Position numbers and translations under genes: made by a program. The notes under the pieces were generated by a model. The model was not told the DNA's origin, did not search any database, and was given only the letters and a program-made list of their open reading frames with translations. Positions 41,638 to 52,090 of a stretch of 64,000 nt of DNA are shown here, one piece after another. Source of the DNA: an uncultured Gemmataceae bacterium (lineage in GTDB: Bacteria; Planctomycetota; Planctomycetia; Gemmatales; Gemmataceae); the NCBI GenBank assembly GCA_963750165.1, contig CAVVPN010000011.1, forward strand, positions 416,001 to 480,000. The letters run 5' to 3'. Every line of letters starts with the position of its first letter. Position 1 is the first letter of the stretch.

Positions 41638-42056
41638 ATGTGGCTGCTGCACGGAACGACGCGCGCCGGGCGGAGAGCATCGATCAACTCGGCCCCGATG
41701 TCAATTTCGTCGAGCCGGGAGGGGTAGGCATCGCGGAGAACTTCTCGTTCACCGTCGAGGGCACGCCGTCTGCTGTCGGTGATTCACTCACCTACGCCCG
41801 AGGTAAGGCGGCCGCCTTCTCGAACGAGCGCGGCCCGGCGGTCATCGCGGTCGATGTGCCTGAAGAGGTGGTACGGATCGCGGCGGTCGAACATCTCTCC
41901 CTGTTCGGGGGCCTGATCGAGTACGATGAAGGGGCGGACGTGGCCGAACTCGTCGCTCTCTGTGGCGGGGTCATCCAGTTCGACCCAGGGCCGGCGTTGG
42001 ACAGCCTGTTGGCTATGTGGGGAACTCTCGCGAAAGAGATCCGAGGTGTGCCGTGA
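41638..42056 (+). CDS. Hypothetical protein with N-terminal HGTT motif (ART-fold-like; frameshift near 41665)
   Basis: GGAG RBS then MWLLHGTTR in an alternate frame joining RAESID... Confidence 0.5.
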
Positions 42057-42529
42057 TCCCGTCCGGGACGGTCTATGATCGCTTGCAACGCGCCTTCAGG
42101 CCGACGCAACGCGGCGTCGTAGGGTTAACCGAGCAGTTGCTCGGGGCCTGCGTCGGAGGCGATGTTGAGTTCGAACGGGTTGGGGACCGGTGCGTTTATC
42201 GTTGGACCGAAGGTGGGCATACCCAAGAGGCCCCGGTGCCTTTCTCGCCTGCGGCCTTCCGGACAATCCTGGCCCGTGTCGCCACGCTGTGCAACGAGCG
42301 GTCCCCTGGGTCGGTCTCGCCTTACGGCGGTGAGGGTAAGCTGGTCGTCGGGACGGCTGAGGCTTTCGTGAAGTTCGTTAACACGGCTCACGCGCAGAAA
42401 TTGGAAGTGAAGAGCGATGCGAGCTCAAACCCCGTTCCTCAGCCGGAACCGGCCAAGGAGGGCACGGCGATTGCAGGCTCGAAACCGCCTAACGTTTCTC
42501 AGCAAATTGATCCCGCGAAATACGATTAA
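42053..42529 (+). CDS. Hypothetical protein coupled to the upstream gene
   Basis: GTGA start/stop overlap. Confidence 0.55.
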   Translation: MIPSGTVYDRLQRAFRPTQRGVVGLTEQLLGACVGGDVEFERVGDRCVYRWTEGGHTQEAPVPFSPAAFRTILARVATLCNERSPGSVSPYGGEGKLVVGTAEAFVKFVNTAHAQKLEVKSDASSNPVPQPEPAKEGTAIAGSKPPNVSQQIDPAKYD

Positions 42530-42902
42530 TCTGACTCTGAACTTCAGATCCTCGGTTCGCTCTTGGACGCGATGCTGCGCGGAGGCCAGGCCTTGCTCCT
42601 GACTGAAGACATATTAGACCCCGACGAAAGCAGTATCGACCTGGAACAGTACGCCGACGCGCTTGAGATGGCCATTGGTGTCCGACCGCGACAACTCAAT
42701 GTCGCGGTCATTCGAAGGTTGATGGGTGCTGTGATCGACCATTGGATCAAGTTGAAGGTCTCCTTGGGCCTAATCGCTATTGATGACATGGGGATTGCAA
42801 TCCATCATGCGGCAGAAAATTTGCCAACGCCTATCCGTTCGGTAGAGAGGGGGCTGGCCAGAGGCCGAAGGACGCGGAGAAGGAGCCGGCGTAGCAAATC
42901 GC

Positions 42903-42999
42903 GCCGAACAAGGGCGCTGCAGCAGACCGGGGCCGCATTTCGGTCTTTCGTGACACAGTGTCCAGCCAGCGGCCCCGGCTGCTGAGCTGGTCGTTCGGT
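42903..42999 (+). mobile_element. attC-like site (family B)
   Basis: GCCGAAC...CTGCAGCAGACCGGGGCCGC/GCGGCCCCGGCTGCTGAG...GTTCGGT. Confidence 0.8.
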
Positions 43000-43011
43000 G
43001 GCGCCGGAAGG

Positions 43012-43647
43012 ATGACGCGAATGGAGGCAGTGCGCGGCGACGAGTTCTTGCGGTGGGCGGTTGAGGTCGGCATCGGGTTCGACCCGCGCTACCCCGATGC
43101 CCGCTGCCTAAGCCTCCTGCCACCGAGCAGCCACGCGCGTTTCTGGGTGTTACCGCGCGACCCGGCGACGTGGCCTCTCTTCGTCACCTCGCTGCTGTTC
43201 GGGTTGGATGAGTGGGCCACCGGGCTACTGTGGCCGCGCTGCGGGGCCTGGCCCGACACCGGCCAGTCCCGATCGCTCAACGAGAGCGTGCGGGGGGTCG
43301 TGCTGCGCGGCGCGGGCATCCCAAGCGGCTGGGCCGGGGCGGTCCGGTTCCACCGGGATGAGGAGGACGTGCTCGCCACGGTGCTGTTCGCCTTCCTGAC
43401 GTTCAGCTGGAGCGTGGTCGATGACCTGTTCTTCATCCCCGACCACGGCCGACAGTTGGTCCAGACGGACCACCATGACGTGATCCACGCCGAGTGCGCG
43501 TCGGAAGGCCGGGTCCGGCAGTTGGTCGAGGTCATGGCCGAGGCGGGCTACGAGCTGCCCACCGAGCCACCGGACTGGACGTTCAAGCGTCCGGCCTGGA
43601 TGGTCAGCGCCAGTCCGGGCGAACCACCGTCCTCCGGTGGCGGATAA
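43012..43647 (+). CDS. Hypothetical cassette protein
   Basis: Starts 12 nt after attC; GC3-rich codons. Confidence 0.65.
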   Translation: MTRMEAVRGDEFLRWAVEVGIGFDPRYPDARCLSLLPPSSHARFWVLPRDPATWPLFVTSLLFGLDEWATGLLWPRCGAWPDTGQSRSLNESVRGVVLRGAGIPSGWAGAVRFHRDEEDVLATVLFAFLTFSWSVVDDLFFIPDHGRQLVQTDHHDVIHAECASEGRVRQLVEVMAEAGYELPTEPPDWTFKRPAWMVSASPGEPPSSGGG

Positions 43648-43830
43648 GTTGTGCCATACCGGCTGCTGTGGCCAGCCCTTGAGGTCACGAAGAAGACAAG
43701 AGGACGCAGCTCGAATCGGCTTCTGGACAGGGCGGGGAAACCGGGACGGGTGGGGATGGGGAAAGAGGGCCGAACCCGCCAGGAGGTGGCACTCATGTCC
43801 CCTCTCGCGCCGGCAGGGCGGTCGCCGTTC

Positions 43831-44012
43831 TGCAAGTAATTCGTGGGCTGGTTTCGGAATCCGACACGTGAAAAAGTTGGCATTCTTGGCATTCTTGGCA
43901 TCCTTGCTGTGACAGCCGGCGCAAACGTGTGTCCCGCCAGGACCCTTCCGGGTGACGCCGCCACCGCCTGCCAGCGCCGCGCCGGCGCTGATTGCAAGGA
44001 ATGTGCGCGGAG
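43831..44012. repeat. Dispersed ~185-bp element (copy 2)
   Basis: Collinear blocks with 3309-3494; 9-mer TTGGCATTC units. Confidence 0.7.
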
Positions 44013-44085
44013 AAGATAAGAGGACGCTGCCAGGGGGCGACTCCAGCAGACGCCCTCAAATTAGGATCAGGCGGCAAAGAAACAG

Positions 44086-45012
44086 TCACTTCGCCGCCCG
44101 CTGCAGCACCACACGCCACGGCGGCTTCGCCTTGACCACCTGCCACGCCGCCGTCGCGGCGAAGTCCTTGTGCCGGCCCTCCGCTACCTTCGCATCCACC
44201 GCCCGCGCATGGATGTGCAAGCCGTAGCGCAACCGCAGCGGGTGGGCGCGCTCCAGCTGGTAGGCGTCACGCAGGCAGAACGCCGCGGACATCCAGCCGT
44301 CGTCGCGGACGTGCCAGGACGTGGGATACCGTGGGTTGCCCGGGTGGTCGAACCAGGTGACGCCCTCCACCGCCTTGTCCGTGATGGGGCCGCTGTAGTC
44401 GCACCAGCGCGCCGGCCGGCCGAAAATCGCCTTTTCGCCGGCGGCCCCCTCGCTGCTGGTCAGCCGACCGCCGCCGTAGTGGGCGCTCAGGCTCGCCGCC
44501 ACACGCAGCCCCAGGAAGCCGAAATTCGTTCGCGCCAGCTGCAGTTTCTCCAGCACCGGTGTGAACGTCGTCTGCAACTCCAGCCAGCCCTCGCCGCCAG
44601 TCAGCGGCCGGTAGACCGCGATCAATTCCTGCTGCAGCAGCCGTACCTTGTGGGCGTCCCACCAGCCGAGACGCACAACCATGCCCGCCTCGTCGGCGCC
44701 GTCCTGGTAGTGGACCCACGCCTCCTGGCGGACCTGCTGACTGCCGCCGCGCTCCTCCCAGAAGTTGACGCCGGCAACGTTTTGATGGCCCCACCACAGC
44801 GACCGATGATGATCGTGGTCCGGCGCCGCCGGGTGGCCCATGCGCGTCAGTGACCGGCCGCTCGGGCCAAGCAACGGGAAGAAGAACGGCCGCGGCGCCC
44901 GGCTGCTGTGGTTCCAGCGCAGCCGCTCCTGGCCGTCCACCTGAAACGACACCTGCTCGTCCGCCTGCGGCACCACCTGCACCCGCGGCAAACGGTAACC
45001 CTGGGCTGCCAT
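44086..45012 (-). CDS. PmoA-like/DUF6807 family protein
   Basis: PFFFPLLGPSG, DHDHHRSLWW, NFWEE, ARWCDYSG, WHVRDDG. Confidence 0.8.
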   Translation of the reverse strand: MAAQGYRLPRVQVVPQADEQVSFQVDGQERLRWNHSSRAPRPFFFPLLGPSGRSLTRMGHPAAPDHDHHRSLWWGHQNVAGVNFWEERGGSQQVRQEAWVHYQDGADEAGMVVRLGWWDAHKVRLLQQELIAVYRPLTGGEGWLELQTTFTPVLEKLQLARTNFGFLGLRVAASLSAHYGGGRLTSSEGAAGEKAIFGRPARWCDYSGPITDKAVEGVTWFDHPGNPRYPTSWHVRDDGWMSAAFCLRDAYQLERAHPLRLRYGLHIHARAVDAKVAEGRHKDFAATAAWQVVKAKPPWRVVLQRAAK

Positions 45013-45045
45013 GAGACCTCCCGGTTGAAAAAAAGGCGAAGGCAG

Positions 45046-45135
45046 TTTTTTTACGCCGAAGCCGTTGTATCTCAAAGCCTGGGGTTGCGGCAGCGCACCC
45101 CAGGCTTTGAGATACAACGCTTCGGCTTAAAAAAA
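45046..45135. repeat. Long palindrome
   Basis: CGTTGTATCTCAAAGCCTGGGGT...ACCCCAGGCTTTGAGATACAACG. Confidence 0.8.
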
Positions 45136-45164
45136 GAGACCAGGCAATCCAGTCAGCGTGCGGC

Positions 45165-45552
45165 CCCGGCTGATTTGCCGACGCTGCCCGATTATGAGAT
45201 CCTGGGCACGCTGGGCCGCGGCGGCATGGGCGTGGTTTACAAGGCCCGGCAGAAGGGTCTGAACCGCCTCGTGGCCCTGAAGATGATCCTGGCCAGGGAG
45301 CACGCCGGGCCGGCGCAGGTGGCCCGCTTCCGCGTTGAGGCCGAAGCCATCGCCAAACTGCAACACCCGAATATCGTCCAGATTTATGAAATCGGCGAGG
45401 CCGGTGGCCACCCATTCTTTTCCCTGGAATACGTGGACGGCGGCACCCTGTCCCGGCAATTCAACGGCACCCCCCAGCCCCCGCCGCCACGCCGCCGAAC
45501 TGATCCGCACCCTGGCAAACGCCCTCCAGGCCGCCCATCAGGCCAACAATGA
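45165..45552 (+). pseudogene. Ser/Thr protein kinase N-lobe fragment
   Basis: LGRGGMGVVY, VALKMI, HPNIVQIY; stops before the HRD motif; no start codon. Confidence 0.8.
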
Positions 45553-45601
45553 AACCTCGCGATTGCCCCGGAACATGCCCCTCGACGGCCATCTCGGCAT
45601 T

Positions 45602-45639
45602 CAAATTGCAGATCAGAAAGCAAATTGCAGATCAGAAAG
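45602..45639. repeat. Exact 19-bp tandem duplication
   Basis: CAAATTGCAGATCAGAAAG x2. Confidence 0.85.
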
Positions 45640-45837
45640 AATGAGAGGCCCAGGTGATGCTTCCTCCTGGCTGGCTCCCACCGGTCATCGACCTACGGCA
45701 TCTCGGCTGGCTTACGATTTCGCCATCCCTGGCTGGTCAAGAGCGAAGAAGGTTTCACATCCCTGGGGATCGCCCGACGAACGAAGAAAGGCTGCCGACG
45801 GTGACATCCGCGCGGCAGATGGAGCCTAGAGATCAGC

Positions 45838-46077
45838 ATGAACGATCAATTCGAGAAAGACACGGCGACGTGCGAGCGTCTGGCCCACATCGAAGAGCGC
45901 GTCCGGCGGCGACTGATCCTGCTCGTGCGCGACTTCCAACTCGACATTCGCGATAACGGGCTTGTCCTGCACGGCCAGGCGCGCAGTTACTACGCGAAGC
46001 AACTGGCCCAGCAGGCGGTCATGGAGGCCGCGGAACTGCCCATCCGCGCCAACGAGATCGAAGTGTGCAGAGGGTAG
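45838..46077 (+). CDS. Small BON-like domain protein
   Basis: LVLHGQARSYYAKQLAQQAV..NEIEV. Confidence 0.7.
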   Translation: MNDQFEKDTATCERLAHIEERVRRRLILLVRDFQLDIRDNGLVLHGQARSYYAKQLAQQAVMEAAELPIRANEIEVCRG

Positions 46078-46142
46078 CGCACGGGCCGGCGACTGGGAAA
46101 AAGCACCCTTGAGTACCTCTTTCAAGTGAAAGGAGAAGGTCC

Positions 46143-46931
46143 ATGAGAAAGGCACTGTTCACGCTCGCGTTCCTGGCCCTGGGAGTCAACGGCGCTGCGG
46201 CGCAAGGAAACAAACTTCCCACGAAAAAGCAAGCCCCTGCCAGCACGCACCAGGCAGGGCAGAAGCAGGCTTACCTGGGCGTGGGCGTCGAGGCGCTCCC
46301 GGCCGCGCTGTCGAGTCAGATGTCCATCATCCCCAGGGGAGAAGGAGTGCTGGTCGAGCAGGTGGCCAAGGATTCGCCGGCCGCAAAAGCGGGCCTGCAA
46401 CCCCATGACATCCTGCTGAACTACGGCGGCAAGAAGCTCCACTCCCCCGAAGAGTTGGTAAAGCTGGTGCGCGCCGACAAGTCCGGCCAGGCAGTCGCCC
46501 TGAGCTACGTTCGCGGCGGTAAGCTGGCGACCTGCAAGGTCACCCTGGCGGAGCGCGAGACGCCCCCCGTGCCGGAACACGTGCGCGTGTTCCGCCTCCG
46601 GCCAGATGAACGGCTGCGGGAGGTGTTCGAGGAGTTCGAGTCCAAAAATGGCAAAACGATGTGGGAATCCTTCGACGCCATGAAACTGGCCCGCATCGAT
46701 GACCAGCACTGGCGTGCGGAGATTGACTACCGTTCCAGCGGCGGAAAAAAGGAGCACAAGGCCTTTGAAGGAACGCGCGACGAGATCCGCAAGGCCATCC
46801 GGGCCGAGAAGGATCTGCCGGCCAACGAGCGCACCCACCTGCTCCGGGCCCTGAACCTGGACGAGCCGGTGTTCCACTTTCATTTTCCGTCCTTTGACAA
46901 CATGAGGAAGGATTTTTGGGACCAACCCTGA
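46143..46931 (+). CDS. Secreted PDZ-domain protein
   Basis: Signal peptide; YLGVGV, DSPAAKAGLQPHDIL. Confidence 0.85.
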   Translation: MRKALFTLAFLALGVNGAAAQGNKLPTKKQAPASTHQAGQKQAYLGVGVEALPAALSSQMSIIPRGEGVLVEQVAKDSPAAKAGLQPHDILLNYGGKKLHSPEELVKLVRADKSGQAVALSYVRGGKLATCKVTLAERETPPVPEHVRVFRLRPDERLREVFEEFESKNGKTMWESFDAMKLARIDDQHWRAEIDYRSSGGKKEHKAFEGTRDEIRKAIRAEKDLPANERTHLLRALNLDEPVFHFHFPSFDNMRKDFWDQP

Positions 46932-47087
46932 ACGGAGCCGGTCAGCCCGGAATCGACACCGAGCCGAACGGGAAGGGGCGATCTGATAGCGAAGCGGTGC
47001 GCGGCAGCCGTCGGCCCTGGACGTTTTGGACCGACGGCTGGCCGCCAGCCTACCGACCCGCCAGAGATTTTGGAGATCTGAGGCCCG

Positions 47088-48053
47088 ATGAGTGACGAGC
47101 GCCGGGAAGTTGTGTATCGTTCCTTGATGGTGCCGCTGGACGGCTCTACCTTTGCGGAGTACGCTCTGTCAATCGCGCTGGGCATCGCTCGACGCAGCGG
47201 CGCCAGCGTGCAAGTGGTGACGGTAGCTCCACACCCTGCATTGTTCTCCGGCCGATCAACCGCAGAGCTGGTTAGCACCTGGCACGACTATTTGCACGGT
47301 GTTGTCGAGCGCGCACAGAGTGTGGCCGGGCCGGGCGTCAGCCTGAGCAGCCAGGTTCTGCAAGACACGGATGTCGCGGCCACCCTCTGTGCGCACACCA
47401 GGGACGCCGCCATCGATCTCGTCGTCATGAGTACCCACGGTCGCGGGACTCTGGGACGCTTCTGGTTCGGGAGTGTTGCCTACAAGGTTCTCCATCGTTG
47501 TTCGGTGCCGATCCTGTACGTAAAGCCTGGCACCAGCGTCGCCGAGCAGCCGCAGGAACTCGCCCTGCAACACCTGCTCGTAATGCTGGACGGCACCCCG
47601 CAGGCCGAGCGCGTGCTCACACCGGCTCTCGCCTTCGGCGCCCTGATGGGCGCCGACTATTCCCTGTTGCGTGTCGTCCCGGATGTCGCTTACGGCGGCA
47701 GCCCGGAACTCGATTCAAACAGCCTCTGCTCAGCGACGCTGGAACTGCTCGATGAGATCCATTCCGTCCAGGAGCGACTGCGGAAAGAGGCCCAGGATTA
47801 TCTCGACGGCGTTGCCGTTCGACTGCGCTCCCGAGGACTGCAAGTCCAGGCCCAGGTGATGGTGGACAGAGATCTTGGAACCGCCATCCTGGACGCGCTC
47901 GCGGCAACGGGCATCGACCTGGTGGCTCTGGAGACGCACGGTCTCCCCGACCCGACCGGCCACCTGGGGAACGTGGCACGCAAGGTGATCCACGGCACGA
48001 GCAAACCGGTGTTCGTGCATTCGGTCGGGGCAGAGCGGTCGAACAACCCCTGA
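47088..48053 (+). CDS. Tandem universal stress protein
   Basis: VPLDGS, DLVVMSTHGRG, GSVAYKV, second Usp repeat. Confidence 0.88.
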   Translation: MSDERREVVYRSLMVPLDGSTFAEYALSIALGIARRSGASVQVVTVAPHPALFSGRSTAELVSTWHDYLHGVVERAQSVAGPGVSLSSQVLQDTDVAATLCAHTRDAAIDLVVMSTHGRGTLGRFWFGSVAYKVLHRCSVPILYVKPGTSVAEQPQELALQHLLVMLDGTPQAERVLTPALAFGALMGADYSLLRVVPDVAYGGSPELDSNSLCSATLELLDEIHSVQERLRKEAQDYLDGVAVRLRSRGLQVQAQVMVDRDLGTAILDALAATGIDLVALETHGLPDPTGHLGNVARKVIHGTSKPVFVHSVGAERSNNP

Positions 48054-48306
48054 AATTTGCTATGCTTTCCAACGAACGGACCCCAACCGTCCTGGATGTA
48101 CTCACCGTGGTGGTCAATCAAGGTGTTGTTGATGGGGATGATACCGTGCTCACTGTAGCGCATCGGGGGTTCCTGTTGGAGGGAGTCAAGGCTATGCTGA
48201 CCACGGCGTGCCGGACTCGCCGGCCGCCAACACGGGCACGGGAGTCGGCCCAGCCAGCCTGGGATAAAATGGGCAAGTCCATGAGGTTTGTCAGCGAGGA
48301 AGTGCC

Positions 48307-49227
48307 GTGGGTGATGTCATCGGTGTCGGCCGGCCGGGAGAGGAAGGGGGCGAGGTGCCGGAGCCCCTGCGGCTCCTGGCAAACGCTCTGGGGCGTGCCG
48401 ACACGGTCGAGCAGGTGTCCGAGGCCCTGGTGAACCACGGGCTGCCGGCTCTGGGGGGCTGCGTGGCCGTGCTCGCCCTGCTGAACGAAGACGGCTCCCA
48501 GTTCTACTGCCCGCGGATCGTCGGCTACCCCCAGGAGGTGGCCGACGCCTGGCGGCGATTCTCCGCCGACGCCCCCGTGCCCATCGCCGTGGCGGTGCGG
48601 CAGGGCGGGCCGGTCCTGCTGGAGACCCTGGAGCGGCGGGTGGCCTTCTACCCACCGGGCTACCCCCTGCCGGAGCCTCGTGTCGGCCGTGCGCTCGCCG
48701 CGGTGCCGATGCGGTGGGGCGAGATCGTCGGCGGCCTGGGCTTCACCTTCCCCGATGACCGGGCCTTCGACGCAGGGGAGCAGGCGGCCTTGCTGGCTGT
48801 GGCGGGACTGTGTGCGATGGCCCTGGGCCGGGTGCGGCGTGGTGGGCTGGGCCTGGAGGTGCTGGTGGTGGAGGACGAGTCGGCCGTGCTGGCCATGCTG
48901 GATTTCGCCCTGAAGTGCCACGGCTTCGCGGTGCGGCGGGCAACCGGCGGCGAGGCAGCGGTGCGCTTCTACCAGCGGCACCGGGGCACGGTGGACGTGG
49001 TCCTGCTGGACGTGCAGATGCCCGGCATGGACGGGCTACAAACGCTGTCCGCCCTCTGTGAGATCGACCCGGGCGTCCGTTGCGTGTTCATGACCGGGCA
49101 CGCCGGGCGGTACACGACCGAGGAACTGCTGGAGGCGGGGGCCGCCTGTGTCCTCGCCAAGCCGTTCGCCAGCCTGGAGGGCCTCGTCCAGACCCTCCGG
49201 GAGGTCACTGGCGGCGGGGGCGGGTAG
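48307..49227 (+). CDS. GAF + response-regulator receiver protein
   Basis: GAF-like N-half; VVEDE, LLDVQMPGMDG, MTG, KPF. Confidence 0.85.
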   Translation: MGDVIGVGRPGEEGGEVPEPLRLLANALGRADTVEQVSEALVNHGLPALGGCVAVLALLNEDGSQFYCPRIVGYPQEVADAWRRFSADAPVPIAVAVRQGGPVLLETLERRVAFYPPGYPLPEPRVGRALAAVPMRWGEIVGGLGFTFPDDRAFDAGEQAALLAVAGLCAMALGRVRRGGLGLEVLVVEDESAVLAMLDFALKCHGFAVRRATGGEAAVRFYQRHRGTVDVVLLDVQMPGMDGLQTLSALCEIDPGVRCVFMTGHAGRYTTEELLEAGAACVLAKPFASLEGLVQTLREVTGGGGG

Positions 49228-49386
49228 GGGCTCGATTCCCTCCCCGTCGTCCCGCCCGGGCTCCTCGTTGCGGGGCGGCCAGTTCCTGTCCAGGCCCTCC
49301 TGCCTTGACAGGCCGCTCGCGCCGCCGCAAACTGGACAGTGGCCCTCCGTGATCGACGAGCGAACGCTGCGAGACCCGAACCTTTC

Positions 49387-50256
49387 ATGCTCACCAAGCG
49401 CATCATCCCGTGTCTGGACGTGGACCGCGGTCGCGTGGTCAAGGGTGTCAACTTCGTGAACCTGCGTGACGCTGGCGACCCCGTGGAGGTTGTGCGCCGT
49501 TACGAGGAGCAGGGGGCCGACGAACTGGTGTTCCTCGACATCAGCGCCAGCCACGAGGGTCGGCAAATTATGCTCGACGTGGTGCGCCGCGTCTCCGAGG
49601 AGATTTTCATGCCGTTCACCGTCGGCGGCGGTATTCGCACGCTGGAGGACGCCATCCGGCTCATCCAGGCCGGCGCCGAGAAGGTCAGCATCAACTCCGC
49701 CGCGGTCAAGACGCCTGAATTAATCCGTGAAGTGTCCGGCAAGTTCGGCCGCTGCGCCACGGTGGTCAACATCGACCCGCGCCGCGTCCGAAGTCAGAAG
49801 TCAGAGGACAGAAGTCAGAAGTCAGAAGTCAGGGAGGCAGGTCGTTTTGGTTCTACTCTGACTTCTGACTTCTGTCCTCTGACTTCTGACGAATGGTGGG
49901 AAGTCCACATCAACGGCGGCCGGGTGCCGACCGGACTGGAGGCGGTGGCCTGGGCGCGGCGCGTCGAGGCACTCGGCGCCGGCGAGATCGTGCTGACCTC
50001 GATGGACGCCGACGGCACCAAGGCGGGCTACGATCTGGCCATGACGCGGGCCGTCGCCGAGGCCGTGTCGATCCCGGTGGTCGCCAGTGGCGGCGCCGGC
50101 AGTGCCGAGCATTTGTTTCAGGTGCTCACCGCGGGCAAGGCGGACGCGGCGCTGGCGGCGAGCATTTTTCACTACAATGAGACCAGTATCGCCCAGACGA
50201 AAGCCTACCTGGCCGCGCGCGGCGTGCCGGTGCGGCTGCTCGAACCGGCCGCGTAG
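49387..50256 (+). CDS. hisF: Imidazole glycerol phosphate synthase cyclase subunit with in-frame insertion
   Basis: [35 protein letters not shown]. Confidence 0.95.
   Translation: MLTKRIIPCLDVDRGRVVKGVNFVNLRDAGDPVEVVRRYEEQGADELVFLDISASHEGRQIMLDVVRRVSEEIFMPFTVGGGIRTLEDAIRLIQAGAEKVSINSAAVKTPELIREVSGKFGRCATVVNIDPRRVRSQKSEDRSQKSEVREAGRFGSTLTSDFCPLTSDEWWEVHINGGRVPTGLEAVAWARRVEALGAGEIVLTSMDADGTKAGYDLAMTRAVAEAVSIPVVASGGAGSAEHLFQVLTAGKADAALAASIFHYNETSIAQTKAYLAARGVPVRLLEPAA
49786..49890. repeat. Inverted heptamer arrays (AGAAGTC)n/(GACTTCT)n inside hisF
   Basis: Encodes [15 protein letters not shown]...[11 protein letters not shown]. Confidence 0.85.
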
Positions 50257-50290
50257 ATTCCTTTGACCCATCTCCACAGAGGTTTTCCTC

Positions 50291-51652
50291 ATGGCGACCG
50301 CCGACGTTACGCCGAACAAAACCGACGACACCCCGCCGCCCGCCAAGGACGAGGCCCGCATGGCCGCCGAGGCTCGGGCCCGCGCCGCCGCCGTCGCGGC
50401 GAAAAAGGAGCGAGACGCCCGCGCCGCCGCCGCCGCCGAAAAGGCCGAGAAGCACGAGAAAGTCGAGGCCGCCGAGAAGAAGGACGACGGCGACGGCAAG
50501 AAGGACGGCGCCGCCGAGGTTGCGGTGAAAAAGGACGCCCCGCGCCCCGCGGCAGAGCCGCGCAAGGAGCCGGAGGTCAACAAACTCTTCCGCAAGGTCA
50601 TGGAACTGGAAGCGTCCGACCTGCACCTGAAGGTCGGCCAACCGCCGATGGTGCGCATGCGCGGCGACATCAAGCGCCTGGAGATGCGGCCGCTGACGCA
50701 GGAGGACATGGAGCGGCTGCTGTTGACGCAGCTGAGCCCCAAGCACCGCAAGATCCTCGACGAGGAAGGCGGCGTGGACTTTTCCTATGTCATCGGCCAG
50801 GACGAGTGCCGCTTCCGCGTCAGTTTGTTCAAGCAGCGCGGCCGGCTGTCGCTGGTGTCCCGGCGCGTCAACAACGTCATCCCTAACTTCAAGGACCTGG
50901 GACTGCCCGAGACCATCGAGAAGTTGTGCAACTTCTCCGAAGGGTTGGTGATCCTGGCGGGCGTGACCGGTAGCGGTAAGAGCACGACCATCGCGTCCAT
51001 GATCGACTATGTGAACTCCCGCGAGGCGCTGCACATCCTGACGGTCGAGGACCCGATCGAGTTCACGTTCACGGACAAGATGTCGTACATCAATCAGCGC
51101 GAGATCGGCCTGGACAGCAAGGACTGGCACAAGGCGCTCAAGGACGCAGTGCGGCAGGATCCCGACGTGATCCTCGTCGGCGAGTTGCGCGACATCGAGA
51201 CGTTTGAGGCGGCGGTCCACGCGGCCGAAACGGGCCACCTGGTGTTCGGCACCATCCACGCCTCCAGCGCGGCGACAACGATCAACCGTATCATGGACCT
51301 GTTCCCGCCGGAGAAGCACCCGGCCATCCGTCAGGCGCTGGCGAACAACCTCAAGGCGGTGGTGGCCCAGAAGCTCATCAAGGGCATCAAGAAGGGCCGC
51401 GTACCGACCAACGAGATCATGATCGTCAACCCAATCGTGCGCAAGCTGATCGGCCAGGCGAACGACAGCAAGATCCCCGACGCGATCCGCATGTGCTTCG
51501 AGGAAGGCATGGTGGACTTCACGGAGAATCTGCGGCAGCTGGTGGATCGCGGCGACGTGACCAAGGAGGTGGCCCTGGAGGTGGCGCCGAACCCGGACCA
51601 GCTCAAGATGGTGCTCAAGGGCATCAAGGTGGCGGCGCCGGGCATTCTGTAG
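50291..51652 (+). CDS. pilT: PilT/PilU-family type IV pilus ATPase
   Basis: ASDLHL, GVTGSGKST, TVEDPIE, RQDPDVILVGELRD, AETGHLVFGTIH. Confidence 0.88.
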   Translation: MATADVTPNKTDDTPPPAKDEARMAAEARARAAAVAAKKERDARAAAAAEKAEKHEKVEAAEKKDDGDGKKDGAAEVAVKKDAPRPAAEPRKEPEVNKLFRKVMELEASDLHLKVGQPPMVRMRGDIKRLEMRPLTQEDMERLLLTQLSPKHRKILDEEGGVDFSYVIGQDECRFRVSLFKQRGRLSLVSRRVNNVIPNFKDLGLPETIEKLCNFSEGLVILAGVTGSGKSTTIASMIDYVNSREALHILTVEDPIEFTFTDKMSYINQREIGLDSKDWHKALKDAVRQDPDVILVGELRDIETFEAAVHAAETGHLVFGTIHASSAATTINRIMDLFPPEKHPAIRQALANNLKAVVAQKLIKGIKKGRVPTNEIMIVNPIVRKLIGQANDSKIPDAIRMCFEEGMVDFTENLRQLVDRGDVTKEVALEVAPNPDQLKMVLKGIKVAAPGIL

Positions 51653-51753
51653 TCGCTCGGGCGGGTTGAAATCAATCCCTGGAGCGAGCCGGCGCCCGCG
51701 GGCGCCGGGTCGCTCCTTGAAGGGAGCGCGGGGAGCAGTTTCAGGAGCAATCC

Positions 51754-52090
51754 ATGAGCACGGCACCCAACTCCTACAAGTATCTGGTGCCGAAACCGGG
51801 TTCATCCTACAAGCAACTGTTTGTGAAGGACCGCTGGATTTCGGCACGGACGCTCGCGAAGACGAACCGATGACCCCGGAGGAGATCGCAACTGACTACG
51901 ACTTGCCGCTGCAAGCCGTTCTGGAGTCCATCGCCTACTGCGAGTCGAACTCTCCGGAATTGCTGGCGGATTTCGACATGGAAGAAGCGGCGCTGGAAGC
52001 CCGGGGCATGAACGACCCGAATTACAAGTACAATGCCAGGCCCCGGTTGCTGGCCGCCCACCCGCAAAACCCTGAACCGAAGCGCCCTGA
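51754..52090 (+). pseudogene. DUF433-like antitoxin, frameshifted and orphan
   Basis: AGGAG RBS, MSTAPNSYKYL...ISARTL, then shift to MTPEEIATDYDLPLQAVLESIAY; 3' end uncertain. Confidence 0.55.

Noticed and set aside
42563..42985. 140-aa ORF as intact cassette gene
   Set aside because: No clear RBS or start, and it reads through the attC site; possibly a degraded or frameshifted continuation
44086..45012. Methane monooxygenase
   Set aside because: Soluble PmoA-like/DUF6807 family with no TM helices and no pmoB/pmoC
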